A stretch of 63,890 nt of DNA, counting the filler, from Chiloscyllium plagiosum (taxonomy: Eukaryota): assembly GCF_004010195.1 (NCBI RefSeq). It is 5 parts of one record of this genome, joined end to end, with 100 filler letters (N's around TTAATTAATTAA, not from the genome) between each part and the next. Parts side by side here need not be neighbours in the genome. Positions count along the whole stretch, not along the records: positions 1 to 27,486 come from NC_057712.1; positions 27,587 to 37,422 come from NC_057712.1; 3 more parts are not named here. One strand, 5' to 3'. The stretch's first letter is position 1, and each line of letters begins with the position of its first letter. Shown one piece after another: positions 24,395 through 35,064 of this stretch. The notes under the pieces are model-generated. The model did not search any database. It was not told the DNA's origin and worked only from the letters and a program-made list of their open reading frames with translations. The position numbers and the translations under genes were made by a program.

Positions 24395-27300
24395 ACTGAG
24401 AGAGTCGGGCCTCCATTTTGCCAGACAGACGAGGAGAGGAGTGGTAGAATGAGGGCTGCCGGGAAGAGTGAGTTTTCCCGCATTAAAAGGGACTCACCTC
24501 GGGAGTCGGGCCTCCATTTGCCAAGAGGTGCGAGGGAGGAGCGGAGGACTTCTGGGAAGTTATATATTTGCGTTACCCGAAACACTACCCGGGTAGTGTC
24601 TCCCACCCATCCTCCTCCACTAATCTGTGTGCCAGATTGGTATGGTAACGAGTTTTTTAAAATTCCTTATTTTTTCAACAGTCTGTTTGGGAATTTAGAA
24701 TCGTGGGAATGGCGGTGAGGGCAATTAAATGTTCCTCCTGCAGATTGTGGGAGGTAAGGGTCACCACTAGTGTCCCTGCTGACTACATCTGTGAGAAGTG
24801 CACCCAACTCCAGCTCCTCGAAAACCACGTTAGGGAACTGGAGCTGGAGCTGGATGAACTTCGGATCATTCGGGAGGCAGAGGCGGTTATTGAGAGGAGG
24901 TAGTCACGCCTAAGGTACAAGAGAAAGGCAAATGGGTTACAGTCAGGGGACGGAAAGGGAACCGGCAGGCAGTGCAGGGATCCCCTGTGGCCATTCCCCT
25001 CAACGATAAGTATACCATTTTGGATACTGTTGGGGGGGATGACTTACCAGGGGAAAACAGTGGAGTACAGGGCTCTGGCACAGAGTCTGTCCCTGCTGCT
25101 CAGAAGGGTAAGAGAAGCAAAGCAGTAGTCACTGGGGACTCCATTGTTAGGTGGACAGATAGGAGGTTCTGTGGGGACGAGAGAGACTCACGGTTAGTGT
25201 GTTGCCTCCCAGGTGCCAGGGTTCGTGATGTTTCTGATCGTGTTTTTGAGATCCTTAAGGGGGAGGGGGAGCAGCCCCAAGTCGTGGTCCACATAGGCAC
25301 CAACGACATAGGTAGGAAGAGAGATGTGGATTTAAGGCAGAAATTCAGGGAGCTAGGATGGAAAGCTTAGAGCTCGGACAAACAGAGTTGTTGTCTCCGG
25401 TTTGTTGCCCGTGCCACGTGCCAGTGAGGCGAGGAATAGGGAGAGAGAGGAGTTGAACACGTGGCTACAGGGATGGTGGAGGGGAGGGAGGGTTTTGGAT
25501 TCTTGGATAATTGGGGCTCTTTCTGGGGTAGGTGGGACTTCTACAAGCAGGATGGTCTTCATCTGAACTGGAGGAGTACCAATATCCTGGGTGGGAAATT
25601 CGCTAAGGCTATTGGGGTGGGTTTAAACTAATCTAGCCGGGGGTGGGAACCAAAATTGTAGTTTGAGTATAGAAAAGATTGAGAGTAGGGAGGTCCAAAA
25701 TCAAGTTTTAGGGATGCAAGATGGCACCGGCAAGCAAGAAGGTGGTTTGAAGTGTGTCTACTTCAAAGCCAGGAGCATCCGGAATAAGGTGGGTGAACTT
25801 GCAGCATGGGTTGGTACCTGGGACTTCGATGTTGTGGCCATTTCGGAGACATGGTTAGAGCAAGGAGAGGAATTTTTGTTGCAGGTTCCAGGATTTAGAT
25901 GTTTCAGTAAGAACAGAGAAGATGGTAAAAGAAGGGGAGGTGTGGCATTGTTGGTCAAGGACAGTATTACAGTTGCGGAAAGGATGTATGGGGACTCGCC
26001 AACTGAGGTAGTAAGAAACAGGAAAGGAGAGGTCACCCTGTTGGGAGTTTTCTATAGGCCTCCGAATAGTTCCAGAGATGTAGAGGAAAGGATAGCAAAG
26101 ATCATTCTAGATAGGAGTGAGAGAGACAGGGTAGTTGTCATGTGGGACTTCAACTTTCCAAATATTGACTGGGAACACTATAGTAAGAGTACTATAGATG
26201 GATCCGTTTTTGTCCTGTGTGTGCAGGAGGTAGTTCAGATGAAGACCATCCTGCTTGTAGAGGTCCCACCTACCCCAGAAAGAGGTCCCCCACTTCCTGA
26301 CACAGTATGTAGACAGGCCAACAAGGGGCGAAGCCACATTAGATTTGGTACTGGGTAATGAGCCCGGCTTGGTGTTAGACTTGGAAGTAGGTGAGCACTT
26401 TGGTGAAAGCGATCACAATCCCTGTTTACTTTAGTGATAACAGGATAGGTGTATACCACTATGGAGGAAAGGCAATTACGATGCGATTAGGCAAGATTTA
26501 GGAAGCATAAAATGGGGAAGGAAACTGCAGGGGATAAGCACATTAGAAATGTGGAGCTTATTCAAGGAAAAGCTACTGCGTGTCCTAGATAAGTATGTAC
26601 CTGTCAGGCAGGGAGGAAGCTGTAGAGCGCGGGAGCCGTGGTTTAAGAAGGAAGTGGAATCTCTGGTCAAGAGGAAGAAGAAGGCTTATGTTTGGATGAG
26701 ATGCAAAGGCTCAGTTAAGGCGCTTGAGGGTTACAAGGTAGCCAGGAAAGACCTAAAGAGAGAGCTCAGAAGTGCCAGGAGGAGACATGAGAAGTTGTTG
26801 GTGGATAGGATCAGGATAAACCCTAAGGCTTTCTATAGGTATTTAAGGAATAAAAGAATATAAGATTAGGGCCAATCAAGGATAGTAGTGGGAAGTTGTG
26901 TGTGGAGTCAGAGGAGACAGGGGAAGCACTAAATGAATATTTTTTGACAGTATTCACTCTAGAAAACGACAATGTTATCGAGGAGATTACTGAGATACAG
27001 GCTACTAGACTAGGTATGATTGAAGTTCACAAGGAAGAGGTATTAAATCCTGCAGAGTTTGAAAATAGATAAGTCCCTGGGCTGGATGGGATTTATCCTG
27101 GAATACTCTGGGAAGCTAGGGAGGAGATTGCCGAGCCTTTGGCATTGATCTTTAAATTGTCATTGTCTGCAGGAATAGTGCCAGAAGACTGGAGGATAGC
27201 AAATGTGGTTCCCCTGTTCAAGAAGGGGAGTAGAGACAATCCTGGTAATTATAGACCAGTGAGCCTTACTTCAGTTGTTGGTAAAGTGTTGGAAAAGGTT

Positions 27301-27486
27301 ATACGAGATAGGATTTATAATCATCTAGAAAAGAATAATTTGATTAGGGATAGTCAGCACGAGTTGGTGAAGGGTAGGTCATGCCTCACAAACCTTATTG
27401 AGTTCTTTGAGAAGGTGACCAAACAGGTAGATGAGAGTAAACCAGTTGATGTGGTGTATATGGATTTCAGCAAGGTGTTCGATAAG
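24395..27486 (+). mobile_element. CR1 LINE 5' portion: 5' UTR, ORF1 (zinc finger, coiled coil, esterase), ORF2 endonuclease to RT start; ends at a gap
   Basis: ORFs 24703-24903 (CSSC..CEKC..VRELELELDEL), 24972-25370 (GDSIVR..VVVHIGTNDIG), 25663-26358 (APE), 27139-27486 (NYRPVSLTSVVGK..DVVYMDFSKVFDK); frameshifted. Confidence 0.93.
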
Positions 27487-27586
27487 NNNNNNNNNNNNNN
27501 NNNNNNNNNNNNNNNNNNNNNNNNNNNNNNTTAATTAATTAANNNNNNNNNNNNNNNNNNNNNNNNNNNNNNNNNNNNNNNNNNNN
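27487..27586. other. Artificial scaffold spacer N-TTAATTAATTAA-N (also at 37423-37522, 44589-44688, 58165-58264)
   Basis: The same 100-nt pattern with a six-frame stop linker occurs four times. Confidence 0.95.
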
Positions 27587-27820
27587 CCTTCATCTCCTCC
27601 CCCACTCACCCATTGTACTCAATGCTACTCTCGCCCCACCCCCACCCTTTTCTAGCTTATCTCTCCACGCTTCAGGCTCTCTGTCTTTATTCCTGATGAA
27701 GGGCTTTTGTCCGAAACGTCGATTTCGCTGCTCGTTGGATGCTGCCTGAATTGCTGTGCTCTTCCAGTTCCACTGATCCAGAATCTGGTTTCCAGCATCT
27801 GCAGTTATTGTTTTTACCCA
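27587..27820 (+). mobile_element. PLE pLTR / 3' end containing a hammerhead ribozyme
   Basis: C-rich tract, then cctgatgaagggcttttgtccgaaacgtcga..gatgctgcctga..ccagcatctgcagt, shared with the hairpin family. Confidence 0.85.
27690..27723 (+). ncRNA. Minimal type I hammerhead ribozyme, core intact
   Basis: CTGATGA-A-GGGC(TTTT)GTCC-GAAAC-GTC: complete core with extra A after A9, 4-bp stem II, palindromic ACGT helix III; predicted cleavage after C27720. Confidence 0.75.
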
Positions 27821-27830
27821 GCTCCACATC

Positions 27831-28040
27831 ATGACTACCGTTGACACCACAAACTGCCAGCTCATAGTGGAGTGGATCTCCAAGAAGAACATATAACTCA
27901 AAACAGACATCAAGTTTCTACAACCATGCAGGAAAGCAGACACTATCCTGAAAGGACAACAGATCACAAACCCACTCAAATCTACTTACAAAACAGACTA
28001 TGCTAAGAGACCCTGCTGTCACACTTCTCAAGTTCCTCGA
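27831..28040 (+). mobile_element. PLE ORF N-terminal remnant
   Basis: Translates MTTVDTTNCQLIVEWISKKNI*LKTDIKFLQPCRKADTILKGQQITNPLKSTYKTDYAKR, resembling the PLE N-terminal ..FL..C....IPKGL...NP motif. Confidence 0.55.
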
Positions 28041-29167
28041 CCATTTCATATATCAAAAAACAAAAACTTTGATATAGCCATTTTAAACACTTGAAAGATC
28101 TCCACCTGGTTTCTCTCTGTAGATAAGAGTTAGAGGATACTGAACAACGATTCGATCATGAAACTTCCTACAACAATAGTATCACTGGACAAATTAGATT
28201 CCAGAGTGAAACTTGGCTTGATAGACCATAAGTTTTGTTTTTTTTTGGCTGGGGTGGTGAGTCACTGAACATAATTCACAACAGGCAGCCAATGAACCAC
28301 TAACAAGAAAACAAAAATTTATTCCACATAAAGAAAAGCAAAAAACATATTAAAATATACAAGAATTATTTGAAACTGTCTTAATACAAAGATCAGAAAA
28401 AAAATTAAACCATTTTAACCTCAGTAAGTACCATACAGCCACTAAAACTTCATAGAAAGGTCGCTACAATATTCCTCATTCACATGTTTGTATGAATGAA
28501 CCTGTATACTGTTTGACTTCTTCCAGATTGTTATAAATTTCAAAGTTGTTGGACCCCTGTCCAATAGCAGTAAGGATTTAACAAAGGATTTCAGAATCAT
28601 TTATACTCTTGGATTCCGTTACAAGAAATTATTATATACCAATTAAAAGGTGTACAACTATCTAAATTCACTCATTACTCTCGATTAGGTTTACATTTGT
28701 AATATACAATTGGTGTGAAGATACATACACACTAATAAATCTAATCTTATCACTGGCTACAATGTGTCCTTAATATGATGATTTATGTCTAGCTTGTGCA
28801 TATCAATTATGCTCCCCTGTCCAATGTTCCTAATGTTTTAATGACTTCTTTCAAGTTTATCACTCTTTACTCTCTCATAGGTAACTTAGCATCAGAATTA
28901 ATGGTAGGGTGCAATCAATGTTTTATTGTCTCAACTTCCAAACTGCAGTTTTGTGTCCCTGTATATTTGTTCACAGCTTGCAATTTGCAGCTCGCAACTG
29001 TGTGCCCTTGAATATAATTTTGCAAGACTTTTTTTAACCATCAGCTCGGATCTTTTATCCTTTCTAGGTCCAAAATTAATTACCTCACATTTGTTTACAT
29101 TGAAATCTATTTGCCAACATTTTGCCATTTCACATAAATTTTCAAATATTTCTGCATTGTTATTCTT

Positions 29168-29231
29168 CTTAGATTTAGATTATGATTAGATTTAGATTAC
29201 TTTACAGTGTGGAAACAGGCCCTTAGGCCCT
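29168..29231 (-). mobile_element. Severely 5'-truncated HE1/CR1 tail
   Basis: ttagatttagatt..actttacagtgtggaaacaggcccttaggccc is the reverse complement of the HE1 3' tail. Confidence 0.75.
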
Positions 29232-30619
29232 TCTCTTCATCTCACTTAAAATACTACCTACATTTGTGCCTTAAGCAAATTTGGATCTATGGCTTTGTAT
29301 TCCATCACCTAAGTTGTTGGCAATATCTGCACTTTTCATCTACTCTCTGTCTCATTCCACTGAATCAACTGCTCAACTCACCCTCAATGGAGTCAATAGC
29401 ATCTGAGCCTAAATCCTCTCTCACAAGTGTTCTCACTTCATTTCTTATTAATAGTGCTACCCAACCACTTTTCTATCCCTCTTGTCTCTCCAAAAGGTCA
29501 AATATCCCTGAATGCCAAACAAAGATACAGTTTTGATCTATATTTCTGTAATCTCTTGTGTTCTATTTCCCTCAATTCTATAAACTTCATCTTTAAATAC
29601 CAATATTTTGTCAGGGGCATTACACCTTCTAGAAGTCCAAATAAATAGTACCTATAAACCGTTCCCTATCAACTCTTCATAAATTTTAATTGGATTTGTC
29701 AAGTATGGCCTAACCATTGAATTCATGTTGGTTTTCTTTGATCAACTGAAAATGTTCCAGGTGTTTAGTTACTCCATTCTTAATTTTTGTAATTTCTTGA
29801 TACCAGATGTGAGGCCCATAATTTTTTGATTTCTCTCCATCACCTTAAATCATTGCATAGGCATGCAATTTTCCAATCTGAAGGAACAATTACTGAATCA
29901 AGAGAATACATAAATATTATAATTCATGTTAGTGCAATATACTCACTTACTGCCTTGAATTCCTGCAAAAGAAAACATCTCTCCAATCCTCAGAGATTAT
30001 TCCTCTTTCAGGGAGGTTTTTTTACTTCGATACTATTATTTTGCTTCCAGTAATTTTGGGCATTTTTTGTACCTGATTCATTATAAGCTTCCTTGGAATG
30101 TCTGACAAGCTGATTTCTTTAGCTATTGGAAATATGGATGCTAAATAAATTATTTAGCACACCTTCCATTTCTTTATTTTCATTGACAATATCACTCTTA
30201 CCAGCTCTTACCAACTGAATTGTTCGCAAATATAACTTTAGAGGCACTTCCTGTGGATTTTGATTGTTCCCTCCAAATTTATTTCCATATTCCATTTCTT
30301 TTGTAGTTTTTTTTTTATTAAAATGTCTTTTGGTGGTTCTTATCTTTTCTAGTCATCAGTCTTTATGACAACACATTTAAGTGGAGACCATTGAACAATA
30401 TAATTCATTTCTGACATAACATGCCCTTGTCTCATGAAAATTCCTTTCACAGATTACTCCTTTAGCCATATGTGCAGCTTCCTATTCTGTTTATCTTGTT
30501 CCAGTTTGCATGTGGTTCAGGTAATAGTTCAGAGATGATAATCTTTGAGGTCTGGTTCTCCATTTTAGCTCCTTGTTTGAGCGCTCCCAAAATAGAACCT
30601 CTTAACAACTCTTTGATGT

Positions 30620-31785
30620 TGCAAGTCCAAAAATAGAACACAAGACCTTTTGGAGAGACAAGAGGGATGGAAAAGGTGGTGGGGTAGCACTATTAATAAG
30701 AAATGAAGTGAGAACAGTTGTGAGAGATGATTTAGGCTCAGGTGCTATTGACTCCATTTGGGCGGGGGTGAAAAAACAGCAAGGGAAAGAAGAAATGGTA
30801 GGAGTAGTATACATACCCTCAAACAGTAACCACTCTGTGGGAAAGGCTATAAACCAACAAATGTATAAAGAATAATAATGGGTGACTACAATCTTAATGT
30901 TGACTGGACTGGGCAGATTGTAACCTGTAAAGTTATGACAATGAATTCATAGAGTGCATTCGACATAGTATCCTGGGGAGCCAACCAGGAGCAGGCTATT
31001 TTGGATCTGGTAATGAAAATGAGGCAGATTTAATAAATAATCTCAGAGGAAAATATCTCATTGGAAGTAGTCATCATAGCATGATGAATTTAATATTCAT
31101 TTGACAATAAGAAACTTGAGTTGGACACAAATTTATTTTAATAAAGGTGATTATAATGAAATGAGGATAAATTTGTCTAAAGTGAACTGGGTGGATAGAT
31201 TGGCAGGAATAACATGCATTTTAATGAGGTAACTCATAACTCTCAGCAAAATTCTTTCCAGTAGGGAAGATTCTGATAGAGATAAACCAACATGGCAAAC
31301 TAAGGAAGTTAAGCACAGTAATAAATTCGAAGAAAAAGCATATATAAGGAGGCCAAAGTCAGCAATAGCCCCCAAAACTGGGATAAATTCAGAATCCAGC
31401 AAAGGAAGACTAAAACAATAATAAAGACAGAAAAACAAATATGAGGGCAAACCAGCGAGGAACATAAAAACTGACAAAAAAGGCTTCATTAAATATACAA
31501 TAAGGAGGAGAGAGGTCAAAATAGGCATGGCCCCTTAGAAAATGAATCTGGGAGACAGTATTGGCGAACAAGAAAATGGCAGATGAGTTAAATATATATC
31601 TTGCATAAATCATTATGGTGGAAGATATTTTAAACATTCCATTCATATTAAAGAATACAGGGGAGGCATTAAGTAACATCACCACCAATTGGAACAGTAT
31701 TAGATAAATTAATAGGGCTACAGACAACTAAGTCACCTGGCACTGATGGCCTTCAGCCTAAGAACCTAAAAGAGATCGCTACTCA
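30620..31785 (+). mobile_element. Old CR1 ORF2 endonuclease/linker fragment
   Basis: ggtggtggggtagcactattaata (GGGVALLI), atgggtgactacaat (MGD.N), aagtcacctggcactgatggc (KSPG.DG). Confidence 0.8.
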
Positions 31786-31789
31786 GGGA

Positions 31790-32380
31790 GTAACAAGAAA
31801 ACATCCTTCCTATAGAGTGGTGACCAGGATTTAACACAATATTCCAAACATAGCCTAACCAATGTCCTGTACAGCTGCAACATGACCTCCCAACTCCTAT
31901 ATTCAATGCTCTAATCAATAGAAGAAATTGGCACAGTAGTTAGCACTGCTGCCTCCCAGCGCCAGAGACCCGGGTTGAATTCCCACCTCAGGCGACTCTC
32001 TGTGTGGAGTTTGCACATTCTCCCCGTGTCTGCATGGGTTTGCTCCGGTTTCCTCCCACAATCCAAAAATGTGCAGGTTAGGTGAATTGGCCATGCTAAA
32101 TTGCCCGTAGTGTTAGGGGAATGGGTCTGGGTGGGTTGCCCTTCGGTGGGTCGGTGTGGACTTGTTGGGCTGAAGGGCCTGTTTCCATGCTGTAAGTAAT
32201 CTAATCTCATACCAAATGCCTTCTTCACTATCCTAACTAACAGCCATTCCATTTGCACTCCAAGGTCTCTTTGTTCAGCAACACTCCCCAGAATCTTACC
32301 ATTAAGTCCTGCCCTGATTTGCCTTTTCAAAATGCAGCACCTCACATTTATCTCAATTAAACTTCATCTGCCACTCCCTG
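31790..32380 (-). mobile_element. CR1 ORF2 fragment interrupted by an HE1 SINE
   Basis: Flanks of the SINE translate as CR1 ORF2 (NGKILGSVAEQRDLGVQ..). Confidence 0.75.
31929..32207 (+). mobile_element. HE1-type V-SINE with internal deletions
   Basis: A/B boxes, V-domain, tail gtaagtaatctaatct. Confidence 0.9.
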
Positions 32381-33600
32381 TTGGAAAACTATCGGAATCA
32401 ATTATTAAGGAAATAATATCAGGTTATTTGGAAAATCATAATCTAATCAAGCAGAGTCAGCATGACTCCATGAAAGGAAATTGTGTCTGACTAATTTATT
32501 CATTATTTTGAGGAGGTATCAGTCAGAGAGGATAGAGGGATCAAGTTTTATTTTGGATGTACGGAAGGTGTTCGACAAGGTACTTCATGAGAGGTGAAGT
32601 CATGAGCTAAGAGCCCATGGTGTTGAAGGCAGTTGCACACAGGAAACAGCAAGTGGGGATAAAGAATTATTTTTCAAGTTGGCGACCCATGATCTGTGAA
32701 GTTCCACAGGGACCACAACTGTTCACAATATATATTAATGACTTGGAGGAAGAAAGTGAATGCATTGAATCCAAATTTGTAGATGGCATTAAATTAGGGG
32801 GAAAGATAGTGTGTGAGAGCCATATTAACAGTTTACAGAGAAAGATTGGAAGTTGGAAAGAAGTTGTCAACTGGAGTATAATGTGGGAAAATACGAAGTT
32901 GTTCATTTTGGCAAGGAGAACAAACAACATAATATTATTTAAATGGAGAAAAACTGCATAAAGCTGGTACACAAATGGACTTGGGGGCACTTGTGCATGA
33001 AACACTGGAAGCTAACATACCACTGGAGCAGGTAATCAGGAAGGCTAATGGAATGTTAGTCCTTATTTCAATTGGGTTGGAGTATTAGAGTTGGCAACTG
33101 CTGTTGAGATCATAGCTAGAGGACTGTGAGCAGTTTTGGTCACCTTACTTAAGGAAAGATATCATTTGATTGGAGGCAGTTTAGAGGAAGGTCTACTGGG
33201 ATCATCCATAGTATGGAAAGATTGTCTTATGGGCAAAGATTAAACAGGTTAGAGTTCTACTCAGTGGAATTTAGAAGGATCTCATTGAAACATATCGGAT
33301 TCTTAAGTGTCTTGATAGGGTAAATACTGAGAGGATATTTCCCCTCATGAGAGAGTAAAGATCCAGCAGGCGTACTATCAGAATAAAGGGATGCCAATTT
33401 AAGACAGAGATGAGAGGGATGTGAAACTCCTTGCCATAGAGAGCTGTCGGGGTAGAGTTCTTGTGTTTACTTAAGACTGAGTTGGATGGAACCTTGATCA
33501 GTAGGGGAATCAAAAGTTATGGAGAAAGGGGAGGAATGCAGATGTGAAGAAGGATCAGCCTTGATCCTGTTGAATTTTGGGCCAGATGATCTTATTCTCC
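32380..33600 (+). mobile_element. Old CR1 RT and 3' region
   Basis: VPQGPQLFTIYINDLEE..KFVDGIKLGG (ORF 32617-32961) and degraded 3' UTR. Confidence 0.8.
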
Positions 33601-33770
33601 TCGCCCTCTCCAATATCCTTTCAATCTGGTTAAAAGATGATCTGCACCCGGCATCAGATAGGCAATCTATCATGTCAGAGTCTCAATTTTGCTTATAAAA
33701 GATGGATTGATCCCTTACTTATTGACATCCTTTCAACTACCAGATTACATTGCCTCTCTCCTTTTCAATA

Positions 33771-34387
33771 ATGTCACACTACAGGTGACCCCACTGCACT
33801 ATACACTCTTTCTCTCTCACACACTCACACACTCCAACAGACCCTCTCTCATACACTGACATATATTCCCCCCACACTCTCATTCTCTCACAGACACTCT
33901 CACCTCCACACACACGCCCTCATGCACGCACTCACTTGGTCTGCCCTGCATGCACACACAAGTTTGTGGGGTGAATTTGTACTTGCAAAATTACATTTTA
34001 TTTTGCACAAAAATTGCATAAATCCATGTAAGAGTCTGTAAATCCCACTTTAGTAATAGAATCAGTCTGACCTAACATTGGGACACAGACAGACTTTAAC
34101 CTCACACCTTCGATGCATTTATCTGAGTTGAGATAGCTTTAACAGTCGTTGCTATCTTGAGTAAGTAACTTTAAAAAAATTCTGGGATTTACATATGAAG
34201 TATCCGAAATTAACATGATCATTCTAAAAGATGAAAGACTTAAGCTAAATTTTTTTAATATTACATTCCATGACACTGCAATCCTGTTGCTATAAATTCT
34301 GTGTCTTATGATTCTGTTCCACAACCACCTAGTGCTTTCAAATAAACCTGTTAGACTATAACCTGTTGTTGTGTGATTTTTAACTTT
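33771..34387 (+). mobile_element. PLE 3' region (family of 7224-8549) with the hammerhead core deleted
   Basis: Homologous to the reverse complement of 7260-7990; reads caaccacct|agtgctttc where the ribozyme core should lie. Confidence 0.8.
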
Positions 34388-34477
34388 TTCCTGCTTTTGT
34401 TAGCCTCCTGATATAAAGTGCTGTGCTCCACATTCTGGCTATACTTCTGACAGTCTCATAAGCAGCAAATATATTGT

Positions 34478-34695
34478 GGAGGACTGCAGATGCCTGGAGA
34501 TCAGAGCCGTGAGTGTGGTGCTGGAAAAACACAGCAGGTCGGGCAGCATCCAAGGAGCACGAGAATCAACGTTTTGGGCATAAGCCCTTCATCAGGAAGG
34601 GCTTTCCTGTTGAAGCGCTTATGCCCGAAATGTCAATTCTCCTGCCCCTCGGATGCTGCCTGATCTGCTGTGCTTTTTCAGCACCACACTCTTGA
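34478..34695. mobile_element. PLE-derived fold-back element with opposed hammerhead motifs, 15-bp TSD
   Basis: Inverted arms centred near 34600; TSD cagcaaatatattgt at 34463-34477 and 34696-34710. Confidence 0.88.
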
Positions 34696-35064
34696 CAGCA
34701 AATATATTGTACCAATTGGAGAGGTTCAATTTCTGCTAATTCTTCTTCTCTATCTCTCCTGAATTGCACTTATTCTTCACACTATTAGTCAAACACAGCA
34801 CATTCTGAACCTGCACATCATGTGAAGTATGACCCAGGATTGGAGCAAATTGTCTGGATATTAAGTCTAAATCATGTGAACCCTGACCATGTGAATTGGA
34901 GTGTTTCCCATTTGCACTCCATGACTTTGAGCTGAAGAGGTTCAAATTGGATGGATCTGTGCAAATCCATAAACTCACAAACTGCAGTGTTGATGTATAA
35001 CCAGCTTTGCTGCATCTGAGACTTGAATGTTTATGTTGTTTTTATCTATTATCTATCCATCTCA

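Noticed and set aside
27487..27586. TTAATTAATTAA motif within N runs (four occurrences)
   Set aside because: Identical artificial six-frame-stop scaffold linker, not biological
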